From positions 2,000,143 to 2,064,142 of the forward strand of contig CBDHDR010000002.1 of the NCBI GenBank assembly GCA_965261815.1: 64,000 bases of DNA, written 5' to 3'. A program made the translations under genes and the position numbers. This stretch comes from Dehalococcoidia bacterium. Its GTDB lineage: Bacteria; Chloroflexota; Dehalococcoidia; Lucifugimonadales; CAZENU01. The first letter of the stretch is position 1. Every line of letters starts with the position of its first letter. Below the pieces are notes generated by a model that made no database searches, was not told the DNA's origin, and saw only the letters and a program-made list of their open reading frames with translations. This document shows, one piece after another, positions 61,501 to 64,000 of the stretch.

Positions 61501-64000
61501 GTCGGCGTCCTGGGCGGCGGACACCGTCACCGTCTGGGCCGTGTCCCAGTTGGACGGGCTGAAGGTCAGCGTGGTCTGGTTGCCGGACGTCGCGGCGTCG
61601 GTGTCCGCCGTCACGTCCGAATTGTCGCTGCTCACCGTGATCACCACGTCGGAGGCGGGCTGGGCGTCCAGGACCACCGTGTAGGTGGAACTGTTGCCCT
61701 CAGCAACCGTCAGCGTGGTTTCGGACACGCTCACCCCGGCGGTATCGTCGTCGGCCACCGTGACCGCCACCCCGGCGACGCTCACGGCGTCGTACTCGTC
61801 GGCGCTCCGGGAGGCGTCGACGGCGTGGGTGATGGAGGCCGCGTCGTTCACCGCGTCGGCGTCCTGGGCGGCCCGCACCGTCACCGTCTGCGCCGTGTCC
61901 CAGTTGGACGGGCTGAAGGTCAGGGTGGCCTGGTTGCCGGACGTCGCGGCGTCGGTGTCCGCCGTCACGTCCGAATTGTCGCTGCTCACCGTGATCACCA
62001 CGTCGGAGGCGGGCTGGGCGTCCAGGACCACCGTGTAGGTGGAACTGTTGCCCTCAGCAACCGTCAGCGTGGTTTCGGACACGCTCACCCCGGCGGTATC
62101 GTCGTCGGCCACCGTGACCGCCACCCCGGCGACGCTCACGGCGTCGAACTCGTCGGCGCTGCTGGCGGCCACCACCGCGTGGGTGATGGAGGCCGCGTCG
62201 TTCACCGCGTCGGCGTCCTGGGCGGCGGACACCGTCACCGTCTGCGCCGTGTCCCAGTTGGACGGGCTGAAGGTCAGCGTGGTCTGGTCCACCGTCACGT
62301 CGGGGCTGCCGCTGGCGGTTACGCCGATCACCACGTCGGAGGCGGGCTGGGCGTCCAGGACCACCGTGTAGGTGGAACTGTTGCCCTCAGCAACCGTCAG
62401 CGTGGTTTCGGACACGCTCACCCCGGCGGTATCGTCGTCGGCCACGGACACGCTCACCCCGCCGACGCTCACGGCGTCGAACTCGTCGGCGCTGCTGGCG
62501 GCCACCACCGCGTGGGTGATGGAGGCCGCGTCGTTCACCGCGTCGGCGTCCTGGGCCGCCCGCACCGTCACCGTCTGCGCCGTGTCCCAGTTGGACGGGC
62601 TGAAGGTCAGGGTGGTCTGGTTGCCGGACGTCGCGGCGTCGGTGTCCGCCGTCACGTCCGAATTGTCGCTGCTCACCGTGATCACCACGTCGGAGGCGGG
62701 CTGGGCGTCCAGGACCACCGTGTAGGTGGAACTGTTGCCCTCAGCAACCGTCAGCGTGGTTTCGGACACGCTCACCCCGGCGGTATCGTCGTCGGCCACC
62801 GTGACCGCCACCCCGGCGACGCTCACGGCGTCGTACTCGTCGGCGCTGCTGGCGGCCACCACCGCGTGGGTGATGGAGGCCGCGTCGTTCACCGCGTCGG
62901 CGTCCTGGGCGGCGGACACCGTCACCGTCTGCGCCGTGTCCCAGTTGGACGGGCTGAAGGTCAGCGTGGCCCGGTCCACCGTCACGTCGGGGCTGCCGCT
63001 GGCGGTTACGCCGATCACCACGTCGGAGGCGGGCTGGGCGTCCAGGACCACCGTGTAGGTGGAACTGTTGCCCTCAGCAACCGTCAGCGTGGTTTCGGAC
63101 ACGCTCACCCCGGCGGTATCGTCGTCGGCCACCGTGACCGCCACCCCGGCGACGCTCACGGCGTCGTACTCGTCGGCGCTGCTGGCGGCCACCACCGCGT
63201 GGGTGATGGAGGCCGCGTCGTTCACCGCGTCGGCGTCCTGGGCGGCCCGCACCGTCACCGTCTGCGCCGTGTCCCAGTTGGACGAGGTGAAGGTCAGAGT
63301 GGTCTGGTTGCCGGACGTCGCGGCGTCGGTGTCCGCCGTCACGTCCGAATTGTCGCTGCTCACCGTGATCACCACGTCGGAGGCGGGCTGGGCGTCCAGG
63401 ACCACCGTGTAGGTGGAACTGTTGCCCTCAGCAACCGTCAGCGTGGTTTCGGACACGCTCACCCCGGCGGTATCGTCGTCGGCCACCGTGACCGCCACCC
63501 CGGCGACGCTCACGGCGTCGTACTCGTCGGCGCTCCGGGAGGCGTCGACGGCGTGGGTGATGGAGGCCGCGTCGTTCACCGCGTCGGCGTCCTGGGCCGC
63601 CCGCACCGTCACCGTCTGCGCCGTGTCCCAGTTGGACGGGCTGAAGGTCAGCGTGGCCCGGTCCACCGTCACGTCGGGGCTGCCGCTGATGGTTACGCCG
63701 ATCACCACGTCGGAGGCGGGCTGGGCGTCCAGGACCACCGTGTAGGTGGAACTGTTGCCCTCAGCAACCGTCAGCGTGGTTTCGGACACGCTCACCCCGG
63801 CGGTATCGTCGTCGGCCACCGTGACCGCCACCCCGGCGACGCTCACGGCGTCGTACTCGTCGGCGCTCCGGGAGGCGTCGACGGCGTGGGTGATGGACGC
63901 CGCGTCGTTCACCGCGTCGGCGTCCTGGGCGGCGGACACCGTCACCGTCTGGGCCGTGTCCCAGTTGGACGGGCTGAAGGTCAGCGTGGTCTGGTTGCCG
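58558..64000 (-). CDS. giant tandem-repeat surface protein, upstream segment (5' end beyond window)
   Basis: The frame is open from the window edge down to 58558 and consists only of 333/354-bp repeat units. The M at 63945 in the ORF track is internal. Confidence 0.75.
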   Translation of the reverse strand, partial: GNQTTLTFSPSNWDTAQTVTVSAAQDADAVNDAASITHAVDASRSADEYDAVSVAGVAVTVADDDTAGVSVSETTLTVAEGNSSTYTVVLDAQPASDVVIGVTISGSPDVTVDRATLTFSPSNWDTAQTVTVRAAQDADAVNDAASITHAVDASRSADEYDAVSVAGVAVTVADDDTAGVSVSETTLTVAEGNSSTYTVVLDAQPASDVVITVSSDNSDVTADTDAATSGNQTTLTFTSSNWDTAQTVTVRAAQDADAVNDAASITHAVVAASSADEYDAVSVAGVAVTVADDDTAGVSVSETTLTVAEGNSSTYTVVLDAQPASDVVIGVTASGSPDVTVDRATLTFSPSNWDTAQTVTVSAAQDADAVNDAASITHAVVAASSADEYDAVSVAGVAVTVADDDTAGVSVSETTLTVAEGNSSTYTVVLDAQPASDVVITVSSDNSDVTADTDAATSGNQTTLTFSPSNWDTAQTVTVRAAQDADAVNDAASITHAVVAASSADEFDAVSVGGVSVSVADDDTAGVSVSETTLTVAEGNSSTYTVVLDAQPASDVVIGVTASGSPDVTVDQTTLTFSPSNWDTAQTVTVSAAQDADAVNDAASITHAVVAASSADEFDAVSVAGVAVTVADDDTAGVSVSETTLTVAEGNSSTYTVVLDAQPASDVVITVSSDNSDVTADTDAATSGNQATLTFSPSNWDTAQTVTVRAAQDADAVNDAASITHAVDASRSADEYDAVSVAGVAVTVADDDTAGVSVSETTLTVAEGNSSTYTVVLDAQPASDVVITVSSDNSDVTADTDAATSGNQTTLTFSPSNWDTAQTVTVSAAQDADAVNDAASITHAVDASRSADEYDAVSVAGVAVTVADDDTAGVSVSETTLTVAEGNSSTYTVVLDAQPASDVVIGVTISGSPDVTVDRATLTFSPSNWDTAQTVTVRAAQDADAVNDAASITHAVDASRSADEYDAVSVAGVAVTVADDDTAGVSVSETTLTVAEGNSSTYTVVLDAQPASDVVITVSSDNSDVTADTDAATSGNQTTLTFTSSNWDTAQTVTVRAAQDADAVNDAASITHAVVAASSADEYDAVSVAGVAVTVADDDTAGVSVSETTLTVAEGNSSTYTVVLDAQPASDVVIGVTASGSPDVTVDRATLTFSPSNWDTAQTVTVSAAQDADAVNDAASITHAVVAASSADEYDAVSVAGVAVTVADDDTAGVSVSETTLTVAEGNSSTYTVVLDAQPASDVVITVSSDNSDVTADTDAATSGNQTTLTFSPSNWDTAQTVTVRAAQDADAVNDAASITHAVVAASSADEFDAVSVAGVAVTVADDDTAGVSVSETTLTVAEGNSSTYTVVLDAQPASDVVITVSSDNSDVTADTDAATSGNQTTLTFSPSNWDTAQTVTVRAAQDADAVNDAASITHAVVAASSADEFDNVSVAGVAVTVADDDTAGVSVSETTLTVAEGNSSTYTVVLDAQPASDVVITVSSDNSDVTADTDAATSGNQTTLTFSPSNWDTAQTVTVSAAQDADAVNDAASITHAVDASRSADEYDAVSVAGVAVTVADDDTAGVSVSVTELALAEGGQAAYTVVLDAQPASNVVIGVDDHADLQPVQLGHQQTVTVRAAQDADAVNDAASITHAVDASRSADEYDAVAVGGVSVSVADDDTAGVSVSVTELALAEGGRPGGPGRPARLQRVIGVTRSGSSDVTVSPATLTFSPSNWDTAQTVTVRAAQDADAVNDAASITHAVVAASSADEFDNVSVAGVAVTVADDDAGVSVSETTLTVAEGNSSTYTVVLDAQPASSGVTRSQQRRR

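Larger units (their letters stand above)
52275..64000 (-). repeat. about 34 tandem coding repeats of 330/333/354/369 bp, near-identical at nucleotide level
   Basis: Unit boundaries (marked by GTGTAGGTGGAACTG on the plus strand) fall at 52919, 53252, 53621, 53954, 54287, 54656, 55322, 55652, 55982, 56336, 56690, 57020, 57353, 59603, 59957, 60311, 60644, 60998, 61331, 61685, 62039, 62372, 62726, 63059, 63413 and 63746. Confidence 0.9.

Overview
This is a high-GC (about 65-70% in hand-counted lines) bacterial chromosomal window. The gene content and strong GGAGG ribosome-binding sites suggest a Chloroflexota- or Actinomycetota-like organism, but that is inference only.

- **1-22 kb:** an ordinary housekeeping block. 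It holds the 3' end of rplY/ctc, two membrane proteins, an MBL hydrolase, mfd, a SAF-domain oxidoreductase, a HAD hydrolase, an AIR-synthase-like protein, a PIG-L deacetylase, a TPR protein, a CPBP protease, trpA-aroH-DAHP synthase, an MFS transporter, ribF, tyrS and a class V aminotransferase.
- **22.3-26.8 kb:** a small accessory insert. It carries a 1065-aa nuclease-methyltransferase fusion (Type IIG-like) and a lower-GC two-gene cassette.
- **27-36 kb:** four Gfo/Idh/MocA oxidoreductases (two are a recent tandem duplicate), a NIPSNAP protein, ftsH, a BrnT toxin with a fused antitoxin, and an HpcH aldolase.
- **36.3-41.4 kb:** an internally deleted metG pseudogene followed by a region saturated with palindromic repeats. 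This includes a 1.7-kb regular array that is not a CRISPR. Only thyX and crcB survive as genes here.
- **42.4-48.5 kb:** a lower-GC, partly decayed accessory island. It contains a methyltransferase fragment, three coupled small ORFs, a 963-aa second nuclease-like/methyltransferase fusion with a sharp internal GC switch, a HigA remnant and a retropepsin-like protease pair.
- **48.5-64 kb:** adhesin-like genes made of near-identical 330-369 bp tandem units. One reading frame runs more than 12.6 kb to beyond the window end and is broken only by a local cluster of indels.

No rRNA, tRNA, CRISPR array, integrase or transposase could be supported. Many long ORFs in the supplied track are antisense or repeat-translation artefacts of the high GC content.
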